A stretch of DNA of 64,000 nt from an uncultured archaeon (GTDB lineage: Archaea; Iainarchaeota; Iainarchaeia; Iainarchaeales; Iainarchaeaceae), in NCBI GenBank assembly GCA_964577555.1, contig CAZNZM010000002.1, forward strand, positions 11,741 through 75,740, read 5' to 3'. Shown here piece by piece: positions 18,122 to 27,238 of this stretch (its first letter is position 1; every line of letters starts with the position of its first letter). The position numbers and the translations under genes were made by a program. The notes below the pieces were generated by a model. That model had not been told where the DNA came from. It made no database searches and saw only the letters and a list, made by a program, of their open reading frames with translations.

Positions 18122-20161
18122 TTATAAAAAGAGTGGTGCTAGTACAAGTGTGATTGTTGCTAATAGTTTTATTAGTACGTGTAGTGATGGTCCCGCGGTG
18201 TCTTTGAATGGGTCTCCTATTGTGTCTCCGATTACTGCTGCTTTGTGCGTTTCGCTTCCTTTTCCGCCTTCATACCCTTCTTCTATGAATTTTTTTGCGT
18301 TGTCCCATGCTCCGCCTGCGTTGTTGAGGAATGTTGCGAATAGTATTCCTGTTATTGTTCCTACCATTAGCATTGCTGCTACGGCTTCGTATTTTAATGC
18401 AAGTCCTATTACTAATGGGAATATTACTGCTAGTGCTCCTGGTATTATCATGTTTTTTAGTGCTCCTTGTGTTGTTATGTCCACGCATTTTGCGTAGTCT
18501 GGTTTTTTCTTGCCGTTCATTATGTCTTTGTCTTTGAATTGTCTTCTTACTTCTTCAATTATGTATGTTGCGGTTTTGCTTACTCCTCTGATTGCTCTTG
18601 ATGTGAATAGAAGTACTAGTAGTGCTCCCATTGCTGCTCCTACGAATACTTCTACTTTGGCTATGTTGACTACTTCAAATGTGTTTTTCGATAGGTGTGT
18701 TATTTCGCTCATGTATGCTGAAAATAGGAGGAATGCTGCAAGTGATGCGCTTCCTATGGCGTATCCTTTTGTGAGTGCTTTTGTCGTGTTGCCTACTGAG
18801 TCTAGTTTGTCAAGTCTTGTTCTTGTTTCTTTTTTTTCTCCTGAGAATTCTGCTATTCCTGCTGCGTTGTCTGTTATTGGTCCGAACATGTCCATTGCTA
18901 GTACGTATGTTGCTGTCATTAGCATTCCTATTGTTGCTATTGCTGTGCCGAATAATCCGCCGTTTTCGATGCCTGTTTGTTCGCCAAAGTTGTATGCCAT
19001 TAGTAGTGCTATTGAAATTGTTATGAGTGTTGGGCCTGTTGATTCTAATGCTAATGCAAATCCTGATAGGAAGTTTGTTGCGGCTCCTGTTCTTGATCCT
19101 TCAACTATTCTTTTTACTGGTCTGTGTTTGTGTTCGGTGTAGTGTTCTGTTATGAAGACGAATATTATTGAAGTGGCTATTCCTATCATGCCTGCTCCAA
19201 AAAACCATATGTTGTTGAATAACCAGTCTGTTGCGAAGTAAAGGAAAATAGAGGATAGTATTGCTGTTAGCCAGTATCCTCTGTTCATTGCTTCCATTGG
19301 GCTTTCTTTTTCGTTGAGTTTGACATACATTATTCCTGCTATTGATGCTATTATTCCTAATGCACTGGCGAGTAGCGGGAATACTACTCCGTTTTGTCCG
19401 AATATTGGGAATAGTGCTACTCCAAGTATCATTGCTCCTATGTTTTCTCCTGCTGTGCTTTCAAATAAGTCTGCTCCTCTTCCTGCGCAATCGCCTACGT
19501 TGTCTCCAACCAAATCTGCTATTACTGCTGGGTTTCTTGGGTCGTCTTCAGGTATGTTTGCTTCTACTTTTCCGACTAAGTCTGCTCCTACGTCTGCCGC
19601 TTTTGTGTATATTCCTCCGCCTAGTTGTGCAAATAGCGCCACAAATGATGCTCCAAATGCATATCCAACTATTATGAAGGGTGTTTGTTCCGGGTTAGAT
19701 CCAAATAGAATGTATGTTATTGAAACGCCAAGCAATGACATTGAAACTAGTAAAATTCCTGCTACTGCGCCTCCTTTGAATGCTATGTCAAATGCTGTGG
19801 CGAGTGATGTTTTTGCTCCTGCTGCTGTTCTTGAATTGGTGTTGACCGCCATTAGCATTGAAAGTATGCCTGCCAGTGCGCTGAGTGTTGCTCCTATTAA
19901 GAATGAAATTGATGTTGTCAGGGATTTTTCATGGGAGAAGAATTGGAATATTATGTAAAGTGCTGTTGCCACTATTATTGCAAAAATTGCTATTGTTTTT
20001 GTTTGTCTTTTCATGTATGCGGCTGCTCCTTCCCTTATGTATTCGGCTACTTCAATCATTTTTTCTGTGCCTTCTTCTTTTTTGAAGACGTAAATTGCCA
20101 GCAATGCCGAAATAACTAAAGTGATTATGCTTATTATGAAAACAATTAGTATTGGATCCAT
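18122..20161 (-). CDS. hppA: Membrane-bound proton-translocating pyrophosphatase (H+-PPase).
   Basis: It has GDNVGDCAGRGADLFES and further conserved PPase loops. It is a polytopic protein of 679 aa. Confidence 0.9.
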   Translation of the reverse strand: MDPILIVFIISIITLVISALLAIYVFKKEEGTEKMIEVAEYIREGAAAYMKRQTKTIAIFAIIVATALYIIFQFFSHEKSLTTSISFLIGATLSALAGILSMLMAVNTNSRTAAGAKTSLATAFDIAFKGGAVAGILLVSMSLLGVSITYILFGSNPEQTPFIIVGYAFGASFVALFAQLGGGIYTKAADVGADLVGKVEANIPEDDPRNPAVIADLVGDNVGDCAGRGADLFESTAGENIGAMILGVALFPIFGQNGVVFPLLASALGIIASIAGIMYVKLNEKESPMEAMNRGYWLTAILSSIFLYFATDWLFNNIWFFGAGMIGIATSIIFVFITEHYTEHKHRPVKRIVEGSRTGAATNFLSGFALALESTGPTLITISIALLMAYNFGEQTGIENGGLFGTAIATIGMLMTATYVLAMDMFGPITDNAAGIAEFSGEKKETRTRLDKLDSVGNTTKALTKGYAIGSASLAAFLLFSAYMSEITHLSKNTFEVVNIAKVEVFVGAAMGALLVLLFTSRAIRGVSKTATYIIEEVRRQFKDKDIMNGKKKPDYAKCVDITTQGALKNMIIPGALAVIFPLVIGLALKYEAVAAMLMVGTITGILFATFLNNAGGAWDNAKKFIEEGYEGGKGSETHKAAVIGDTIGDPFKDTAGPSLHVLIKLLATITLVLAPLFL

Positions 20162-20269
20162 TAGGAATTCCTCGTTTTTCTTTTGTTTTGGCTTTGTATA
20201 AAGTAATTTGGCTAACCCTTATAAAACCTTCTTTTTTGGCCGTTGCGTTACTATTGTTTTATGTTTTTT

Positions 20270-20345
20270 GCAAAGTTTTTTTTCGTTTTTTTTTGTTAGA
20301 AAACTTTTTTTTATTTCAACTCATTTAAAAAAATAAGAAATTTTT
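20270..20345. repeat. T-rich spacer with weak GCGAGCC-family character.
   Basis: The T-runs carry ttggccgttgcgtt and caaagttttttttcg. Confidence 0.35.
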
Positions 20346-20406
20346 TTTGTCTTTTTTTTGGCTCGTTAATGTGCTTGTTTTAATATTTTGTTGTTTTTAT
20401 TTTGTT

Positions 20407-20925
20407 ATGCAGAAACCTATTTTTTCTATTGTGGCTGTTTTGTCTTTGGATGGAAGGATTGCGCGTGATTCTAAGCATTTTACTGGTTGGTCTTCAAGAG
20501 AGGATAAAGAATTTTTGCATTCTTTTCTTGACAATTCGGATGTAGTGGTTGTTGGCAGGAATACTTGGGTTGCTGCGAGGCATCGTCTTTCAAAGCGTAA
20601 TTGTGTTGTTTTTACTTCAAAAGTTGATGGTGTTGTTGTCAAAGGTGAAAATCTTGTTTTTTTCAATCCTCGTAAATCTGATTTTTTTGATTTTGTTTCC
20701 AAATCAGGTTTTGTCAAAGTGGCTGTGCTTGGCGGTTCAATGGTTTTTTCTTATTTTTTGGATAATGGTTTGGTTGATAATATTTATTTGACTGTTGAGC
20801 CATTGGTTTTTGGTTCTGGTTTGTGTTTGTTTGATTCCAAGTTTGAGATTAGAAAATTCAATTTGGTTTCTTTCAAGAGGTTGAATTCTAATGGGTCGTT
20901 GCTTTTGCATTACTCAAGGCAATAA
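20407..20925 (+). CDS. RibD C-terminal domain / DHFR-like reductase (candidate diaminoribosylaminopyrimidinone-5-phosphate reductase).
   Basis: An ATG at 20407 is in frame with the track ORF. SIVAVLSLDGRIA...VVVGRNTW...AVLGGSMVF matches the RibD_C/DHFR fold. Confidence 0.55.
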   Translation: MQKPIFSIVAVLSLDGRIARDSKHFTGWSSREDKEFLHSFLDNSDVVVVGRNTWVAARHRLSKRNCVVFTSKVDGVVVKGENLVFFNPRKSDFFDFVSKSGFVKVAVLGGSMVFSYFLDNGLVDNIYLTVEPLVFGSGLCLFDSKFEIRKFNLVSFKRLNSNGSLLLHYSRQ

Positions 20926-20944
20926 AATATAATAAAATATTTTT

Positions 20945-21610
20945 GTGGCAATTGTTTTTTTTATGGTTGGGCTTGAAGCGGTTTTTTTTGATTTTGATGG
21001 CGTGATTGTTGATACTATGCGTTTGCATTCGATTGCAACTGATTTGGTTTTTAAGGATCTTGGCGTGGCTTTTCCGCGTGATAAGTTTAATGGAATGAGT
21101 TCTATGAGAACTTATGATGTTTATAAGGCTGTGTTGCCTGATTTTTCTGAAAGCGAATTGCGTTTGCTTGAGGCAAAAAAATATTCTAAGTTGAAGGAGT
21201 TGTCAAATTCCGTGGTTGTTTATCCGGGTTTTTTGGAATTTTTGTCAAAGCTTTCAGGGTTTAAAATTGGCGTTGTTTCAAATTCGAGGCGTGATTTTAT
21301 TAATTGGGTTCTTGGAAGGGTTTGCAATAATTGTAAGTTTGATGTTGTTGTTTCGGCTGATGATGTTGTAAATGGCAAGCCTGATCCTGAGTGTTATTTG
21401 AAGGCGGCTTCTATTTTTGGTGTCAAGCCTGAAAATTGTGTGGTTATTGAGGATTCTGTTGCCGGCGTGCTTGCTGGAAAGTCTGCCGGCATGAAGGTTG
21501 TGGCTCTTACTCATACTCATGACAGGATTTTTTTGTTGGATGCCGATCTTGTTGTTGATTCTTTTAAAGAGCTTTCAGTTGAAAAGTTGAGGGGGCTTTT
21601 TGTTGCTTGA
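20945..21610 (+). CDS. HAD-IA hydrolase (beta-phosphoglucomutase-family phosphatase).
   Basis: It has AVFFDFDGVIVDT and a C-terminal IEDSVAG motif. Confidence 0.75.
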   Translation: MAIVFFMVGLEAVFFDFDGVIVDTMRLHSIATDLVFKDLGVAFPRDKFNGMSSMRTYDVYKAVLPDFSESELRLLEAKKYSKLKELSNSVVVYPGFLEFLSKLSGFKIGVVSNSRRDFINWVLGRVCNNCKFDVVVSADDVVNGKPDPECYLKAASIFGVKPENCVVIEDSVAGVLAGKSAGMKVVALTHTHDRIFLLDADLVVDSFKELSVEKLRGLFVA

Positions 21611-22253
21611 AGCCGTGATTTTTGATTTTGATGGCGTGATTGTTGATACTCCTGGAATTTATTTTAAGCATATGAAGAAATTGTTGCAAAAGTATCATGC
21701 TGATATTTCCAATGAGGATGTTTCAAATCTTGTTGGCAGGCATTTTGAAGAGGAATTGGATTATATAAATAAAAAATATGGTTTGAATATTTCGCTTTAT
21801 GAGTTTGTGGCTGAAACAATAAATTCTGCAAAGGAAGACTTTGCAAAGCTTGTGCTTGATCCTTGTCTTAAAAATTTGCTTGTTGAGCTTTCACAGTTTG
21901 GTGTCAAGTTGGCAATTGCTTCAAATGGGCCTAAAAGCAATATAGATTTTATTGTTTCGCGTTTGGGTGTTGGAAAGTATTTTTCTGTAATAATTTCAGG
22001 CGATGATGTTGAAAATTATAAGCCTTTTCCTGATGTTTATCTTGCCGCTGTTGAAAGGCTTGGCGTGTCTAAGAGAAATTGTGTTGCTGTTGAGGATACT
22101 TTGATTGGCTTGAAGTCTGCTCAATCTGCGGGTTTGAAGGTGGTGGTTATTCCAAATGAGTTTACTGTTTTTTCGGATTTTTCTGGAGCCAGTCTTGTTG
22201 CCAAAGGTTTTAATGGTTTAACTTATAAGGTTCTTAATGGGCTGGTGGAATGA
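21600..22253 (+). CDS. HAD-IA hydrolase, a tandem paralog of the preceding gene.
   Basis: It has AVIFDFDGVIVDTPG and VEDTLIGL. It overlaps the upstream paralog by about 10 bp. Confidence 0.75.
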   Translation: MLLEAVIFDFDGVIVDTPGIYFKHMKKLLQKYHADISNEDVSNLVGRHFEEELDYINKKYGLNISLYEFVAETINSAKEDFAKLVLDPCLKNLLVELSQFGVKLAIASNGPKSNIDFIVSRLGVGKYFSVIISGDDVENYKPFPDVYLAAVERLGVSKRNCVAVEDTLIGLKSAQSAGLKVVVIPNEFTVFSDFSGASLVAKGFNGLTYKVLNGLVE

Positions 22254-23473
22254 AGATTGCGTTTTTTTCTGATACTCATCTTGGTTTTGATGAAAAGGGT
22301 GAAAGGGCTGATGATTCTTTTCTTGCTCTTGAATCAGCTATTGAACTTTCAGGCAATCATCGGGCTGATTTGATTGTTATTTCTGGGGATATTTTTGACA
22401 TGCGAATTCCTTCTCATTCTGTTCTTTACAAGTCTATTGTTTCTTTTTCCAAGGCAAAGAATTTTTCTTCCAATGTAATGCTTTCAATTGGAAAGGCTGG
22501 TGAAGAGAAGTCTATTTCGTTTTCAGGCATTCCGATTTTAGCAATTCATGGGAATCACGAGTATTTGGGCAAGGGTGTCAGGTCTGCTCTTGATTTGCTT
22601 GATCTTTCTGGTTCGTTGATTTATTTTCATGGAGCCAAAATAGTTGCAAGAAAGGGCTCTGAAAGAGTTTGTATTTTTGGGCTTGGCGCTGTGCCTGAAA
22701 AATCGGCTCTTGATGTTATTAGGTATTGGTCTCCAAAGCCGGAGGAAGGTGCTTCCAATGTTTTGGTTTTGCATCAGGGTTTTAAGGATTTCATGGCTGT
22801 TGATGACGAAATGATTGCTTCGCTTAGCTTGGATGATTTGCCTAAAGGTTTTGATTTGATTGTGAATGGCCATTTGCATTGGAGTAGTATTCAGGATTTG
22901 GGTGGTTCGATTTTTCTTCTTGCAGGCTCGACAATTCCTACTTCTATTAAAAAGCTTGAAGCTGAAAAATTGAAGGGTGTTTTTTTCTTTGATACTGTTT
23001 CCAAGTCTCTTGATTTTGTGGCTTTGCCTTTTCAAAGGAAAATGTTTTATCATAAAATAGTTTTTTCAGATGCAGATGCTGACAAAGTGCTTTCGGAATG
23101 TCGTAGTTTTGTTCTTGGTGATTTAAGTGTTTCTGGTGTTTTGAAGCCTCTTATTAGACTTAATCTTGTTGGCACTTTGAAAAAGGGTCTTTCTAATGCC
23201 GATGTTGATTTGGGCCCTTTTATTAATGAATTTTCTTCCAAGACTTTTCTTTCTGTTTCAAAGAATTTTTCTTCTTCTTCGTTTAAAACAAAAATTTCCG
23301 AGTTAAGGGAGTTGCAGAAGGAGAAACTTTCAATTGCTTCTGTTGGTTTTGAGTTGTTGGAAAAAAATCTTGCTGAAACCGATTTTGGGAAGGAGTTTGA
23401 CGCCAAAAAACTTTTTGAATTGCTTGGGTCTGACGAGCTTGATGAGGCTATGTATCTTTTTTTGAAATCGTGA
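22250..23473 (+). CDS. mre11: Mre11-family metallophosphoesterase (DNA double-strand-break repair nuclease homolog).
   Basis: MKIAFFSDTHLG, IVISGDIFD, AIHGNHE, VLVLHQGF and NGHLH are the calcineurin-fold motifs. Their order and spacing match archaeal Mre11. No rad50 is adjacent. Confidence 0.55.
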   Translation: MKIAFFSDTHLGFDEKGERADDSFLALESAIELSGNHRADLIVISGDIFDMRIPSHSVLYKSIVSFSKAKNFSSNVMLSIGKAGEEKSISFSGIPILAIHGNHEYLGKGVRSALDLLDLSGSLIYFHGAKIVARKGSERVCIFGLGAVPEKSALDVIRYWSPKPEEGASNVLVLHQGFKDFMAVDDEMIASLSLDDLPKGFDLIVNGHLHWSSIQDLGGSIFLLAGSTIPTSIKKLEAEKLKGVFFFDTVSKSLDFVALPFQRKMFYHKIVFSDADADKVLSECRSFVLGDLSVSGVLKPLIRLNLVGTLKKGLSNADVDLGPFINEFSSKTFLSVSKNFSSSSFKTKISELRELQKEKLSIASVGFELLEKNLAETDFGKEFDAKKLFELLGSDELDEAMYLFLKS

Positions 23474-23990
23474 TTTGTTTTTTTTGTAGAATGTTTTTTG
23501 TTCAAATCATTTTTTTTAATTTTTTTATTTTTTTTCGCTGGCTTTTTTTAGAAGTTTTTTTCAAGATTTTTTTATTGGTTTTTTTGTTTTTTTTAATTTG
23601 TTTATTTTTTTTGCGAGCCAAGTATTTTAAGTGTGTTTTTTTGTGTGAAACTTTTTTTTTGTGATTTGTGTTTTTAGGTAATTTGTTTTTTAGACATTTT
23701 TTTATTTTTTTAATTATTTTTTTAAAAATAATTTTGTTTTTTTGCGAGCCGTTTTTTTGTTGTTTTTTTTTGGATTCTTTTTTGCGGGACGATTTTTTTG
23801 TTATTTTTTTGTGAATTTGTTTTTTTTAAGTTTGTTTCGGAATTATGTTTTTTTTGTGCAATTTTATTTTTTTGTGGTTTTTTTTTGGCTATTTTTTGCG
23901 AGCCGTTTTTTTTTAATTTTGTTTTTTTGTTTTAGCCACTTTTTTTGTCATTTTTTTTGAATTGTTTTTTTTATTCTTTTTTTAGGAATT
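23470..23990. repeat. GCGAGCC-oligo(T) family repeat array between convergent genes.
   Basis: ttgcgagccaagtatttt, ttgcgagccgtttttttg, tgcgggacgatttttttg, ttgcgagccgtttttttttaa and ttagccactttttttg. Confidence 0.8.
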
Positions 23991-25350
23991 CGGCGTAGTT
24001 TACCATGTGCATTATGGATTTTGCCGCTGAGCCGGGGTAGTCGTATGTTGTGAATCCGTGTTCTTCTATTTTTTTTAGTTGTTCTGCGGTGTATTCTCCT
24101 CCTACTGCAACAACTATTATTGGTTTGCTCGTGTTTTCTCTTGCTTGTTTTAGTATTGTGAGTTCGTCCGCGTTTAATGTTGAGAGTGTGAATAATATCA
24201 TTATTACTATTATGTCTACGTTGTTGTCTTCTATGCATGCTTTGATTGCAATGTCGTATTTTTTGGCGTCTGCGTCTCCTAAAAGGTCAAGCGGGTTTGA
24301 GATTTTTATTTTCAGTTCTTGTTCTAGTTTTTCTTTTGTTTTTTCGCTGAGTGTTGCTAGTTCCATTTGTCTGTTTATTATGTGGTCTGCCATTACTATT
24401 CCGAATCCTCCTCCGTTTGTGATTATTTGTACTTTTTTGCCTTTTGGGAGGGGTTCGTTTTCAAGTATTTTTGCTGTTGAAAACAGGTCTTGTATTCCAA
24501 ACGCTGATATTATGCCTGCTTGGTGGAAGACTGCTTCGTATACTTTTGCCGATCCTGCGAGTGAGCCGGTGTGTGAGATTGCTGCTTTGCTTGTTTCTTC
24601 GTGTTTTCCGCCTTTTAGTATTATGATTGGTTTTTTTTTGGCGACTTTTTTTGCTGTTTCAAAAAATTTTCTTCCGTTTTTTGCTCCTTCTAAGTACATT
24701 GTAATGACTTTTGTTCCTTTGTCTTCTCCAAAGTATTCGAGTAAATCTGATTCGTCTATGTCCATTGCGTTTCCGTATGATGCGAATTTGTTTAATCCGA
24801 ATCTTTGTGTTGCAGCCCAGTCGAGTATCATTGAACCAAGTGCTCCGGATTGTGATATGAATGACAAGGTTCCTTTTGCAGGGCTTTTCATTCTTGTGTT
24901 TTCAAAAAACGTGGTGTCTATTCCGCTTTCTGTTGATTTTACTCCTACGCAATTTGGGCCCATTACTCTTGTTTGAGGGTATTTGTTTATTATTTGTCTT
25001 ATCTTTTCGGTTAATTCTTTTTCTCCTGTTTCTGAAAATCCTGCGCTTATTATTATTGTTGCTTTTATTTGCATTTCTGCGCATTCTTCAAGTGTTTTTG
25101 GGACGAATTCTTTTGGCACTGCGATTATTGCAAGGTCTATGTTGTCTGGGACGGCTTTTATTGAGGAGTATGCTTTTGTTCCTTGTATTGTAGTGTATTT
25201 TGGGTTTATTGGGTATGCTTTGTCTTTAAGAGCGTTTTTTATGTTTTTAAAAATAGTGTATCCTACGCTGTTTTCGTTGTTTGAGGCGCCTATTACTGCA
25301 GCGGTTTTTGGGTTGAAGAATTTGTCTATTGATTCTATGTTTTGTTTCAT
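23971..25350 (-). CDS. acdA: ADP-forming acetyl-CoA synthetase alpha-type subunit (CoA-binding / succinyl-CoA-synthetase-like).
   Basis: It has the N-terminal CoA-binding Rossmann AAVIGASNNENSVGY followed by a ligase-CoA domain. Length is 459 aa. Confidence 0.75.
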   Translation of the reverse strand: MKQNIESIDKFFNPKTAAVIGASNNENSVGYTIFKNIKNALKDKAYPINPKYTTIQGTKAYSSIKAVPDNIDLAIIAVPKEFVPKTLEECAEMQIKATIIISAGFSETGEKELTEKIRQIINKYPQTRVMGPNCVGVKSTESGIDTTFFENTRMKSPAKGTLSFISQSGALGSMILDWAATQRFGLNKFASYGNAMDIDESDLLEYFGEDKGTKVITMYLEGAKNGRKFFETAKKVAKKKPIIILKGGKHEETSKAAISHTGSLAGSAKVYEAVFHQAGIISAFGIQDLFSTAKILENEPLPKGKKVQIITNGGGFGIVMADHIINRQMELATLSEKTKEKLEQELKIKISNPLDLLGDADAKKYDIAIKACIEDNNVDIIVIMILFTLSTLNADELTILKQARENTSKPIIVVAVGGEYTAEQLKKIEEHGFTTYDYPGSAAKSIMHMVNYAEFLKKE

Positions 25351-25502
25351 AATTGATAATAAATATTTTAACGATTATTAAGCTTTCTAATTGCATGAAG
25401 TTTGGTGTAATTTCAAGAATTGAGTTGTTTTATGTTGTTTTACAATTGTTGATTGGGGTTAAGTGTTTGTTTTTTTTCTTTTTTTATGGGCGCGGGAGGG
25501 CA

Positions 25503-25829
25503 ATGCCTTTTAGTTTGTTTGATTTTCCATCTGATGCTTTGTTTTTTGATTTTGTTTTTCATGAGTTGATGCATGTTTTGATAGGTTTGCTTGCTTTGGT
25601 TTATGGAATGAACGTTCCTGAATTTAGGGTTGGTTTTTTGCTTCCTCGGATTTTTTTTGCTGTTTTTATTCATAATTTTTTTTATTGGTTGACTAATGTT
25701 CATCCAAGCGTTATTTATTCTGTTATTGATTTTGGTTCTGATTCGGTAATTTTATTGAGTTTTGTTTTTACTGGCTTTTTATTGGGTAAGTGGAATAAAT
25801 TAAAAGCTTTTAAAGTTCCTTTTTTTTAG
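25503..25829 (+). CDS. Small hypothetical membrane protein with an HExxH motif inside a TM helix.
   Basis: The internal ATG at 25503 gives about 108 aa. FHELMHVLIGLLALVYG lies within a hydrophobic segment. Confidence 0.3.
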   Translation: MPFSLFDFPSDALFFDFVFHELMHVLIGLLALVYGMNVPEFRVGFLLPRIFFAVFIHNFFYWLTNVHPSVIYSVIDFGSDSVILLSFVFTGFLLGKWNKLKAFKVPFF

Positions 25830-25834
25830 TATTT

Positions 25835-26150
25835 TTTTTGTTTGTCTTTTGGCTTGTTTTTGCAAGCCATGTTTGTTTTGTAAGCAGTTTTTTTGCAGAG
25901 ACATTTTTTTCATTTTTTTTGAAATTAATTTTATTTTTGTATTTGTTTTGGCTGGTAGTTTTTTTGTGAAGCCATTTTTTTTAGGCATTTTTATTTTTTT
26001 GATCTAAATTATTTTTTGTCTTTTTTTTGGTAAAAAATGTTTTTTTATTGTTTGCTTTTTTGCAAGCTGTTTATTTTTTTTGAAAAAATAATTTTTTTGT
26101 TTTTGGTCGTTTTTTTTTGCGAGCCGTTTTAGGCAATTTTATTTTTTTTA
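25835..26150. repeat. GCGAGCC-oligo(T) family repeat array.
   Basis: tgcaagccatgtttg, gtgaagccatttttttt, ttgcaagctgtttatttttttt and ttgcgagccgttttagg. Confidence 0.75.
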
Positions 26151-27236
26151 TGGTAAAAAGTCTTCTTCTTTGATTTTTTTTGGCACGTATTCTTCTGTTA
26201 TGAATCTTATTCCTTTTTTGCTTAGTGCTTCTAATTCCAGTTTTACTGCTTTTTGTCTCATGTTTGTGAATTCTTCTTTCCATTGTTTTGCTTGGAACCA
26301 TTCGTAATTTTCCATTTCTTTTAGCCTTTTAGCGTCTAGTTGGTTGAGTTTGATTGTGACTTCTTTTGGTATTTTGAATTTTTCAATGTCTAGTGTTGTT
26401 AGTCCTACAAATTTTGCTGCTGGAGTTGCCAGTTTTTCTTCTGAGTATGAAAGCGATATTGAGCCTTGTTTTATTACTGAGTATATGTACATTCCCCATG
26501 GGTCTGCATCGCAGAGCACGTATAATGGCAAGCCGTATTCTTTGTTTAGTCTTTGTGCAAGCCTTCTTTCTCCTCTTCCTGGTTGGCCTCTTCCTGTTAG
26601 TATTATGCATTTGTGTTTTTTCCAGAATTGGTCTTCGTTGAATCTTCTCCATACTGCGTCTTTTTCAATGAATAGTATGTATTCTGCGTTGACTTTTTTG
26701 AATTCTATGTTGTCTGGTTCAACGTTTGATGGTACGCTCCATCCGCCTGAGCCCATTTTTGTTAGGTCTATGTTGTCTTTTCCGTCTCTGAGTTGTATGT
26801 CTCCTGCGATTATTCCTTTTGCTGAAGCCGCTAAGTGTAGTTCTTCTCTTAAGAGGTCTAGTGATGCTTCTATGTCTTCGATGCATGGGTCTGATTCTGA
26901 TTGTTCTTCAAAGGTGTTTTCGTTTGTGCCTTCTATTGTGTGTTTTAGTGCGTAGTAAAGATCCCTAATGCTTACTGTTGCTTTTGCTTCTATGACTTTT
27001 TTTATTTCTGCTGCTACGAGTATTGTTTGCATGAATTTTCTGCTGTGTGCAATGTTGAGGAATTGCCTCTCTGACATTTTGTCCCCGAGTTTTATTGTGC
27101 CGGTTTTTTTGTCAAAGAAGACGTTTCCTAGTGTTCTTACTGGCACTGCGTATGTTGGTCCTTTTCCTGCTTCTATTTGTTTTAGCAGTGTTGTTCCTAT
27201 GTTTTCAAGTTTTTGTTGTACCTCTTTGTCCGCCAT
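26148..27236 (-). CDS. top6A: DNA topoisomerase VI subunit A (Spo11-like).
   Basis: It has IEKDAVWRRF and the Toprim DxD motif CDADPWG. Length is 362 aa. Confidence 0.85.
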   Translation of the reverse strand: MADKEVQQKLENIGTTLLKQIEAGKGPTYAVPVRTLGNVFFDKKTGTIKLGDKMSERQFLNIAHSRKFMQTILVAAEIKKVIEAKATVSIRDLYYALKHTIEGTNENTFEEQSESDPCIEDIEASLDLLREELHLAASAKGIIAGDIQLRDGKDNIDLTKMGSGGWSVPSNVEPDNIEFKKVNAEYILFIEKDAVWRRFNEDQFWKKHKCIILTGRGQPGRGERRLAQRLNKEYGLPLYVLCDADPWGMYIYSVIKQGSISLSYSEEKLATPAAKFVGLTTLDIEKFKIPKEVTIKLNQLDAKRLKEMENYEWFQAKQWKEEFTNMRQKAVKLELEALSKKGIRFITEEYVPKKIKEEDFLP

Positions 27237-27238
27237 TT

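Noticed and set aside
23470-23990. T-rich repeat arrays as possible CRISPR loci
   Set aside because: The units are degenerate and vary in length. There are no unique spacers of constant size and no cas genes in the window.
25353-25502. N-terminal 50 codons of track ORF 25353-25829
   Set aside because: It overlaps the acdA promoter region and has no coding features. The internal ATG 25503 is more plausible, and even that call is weak.
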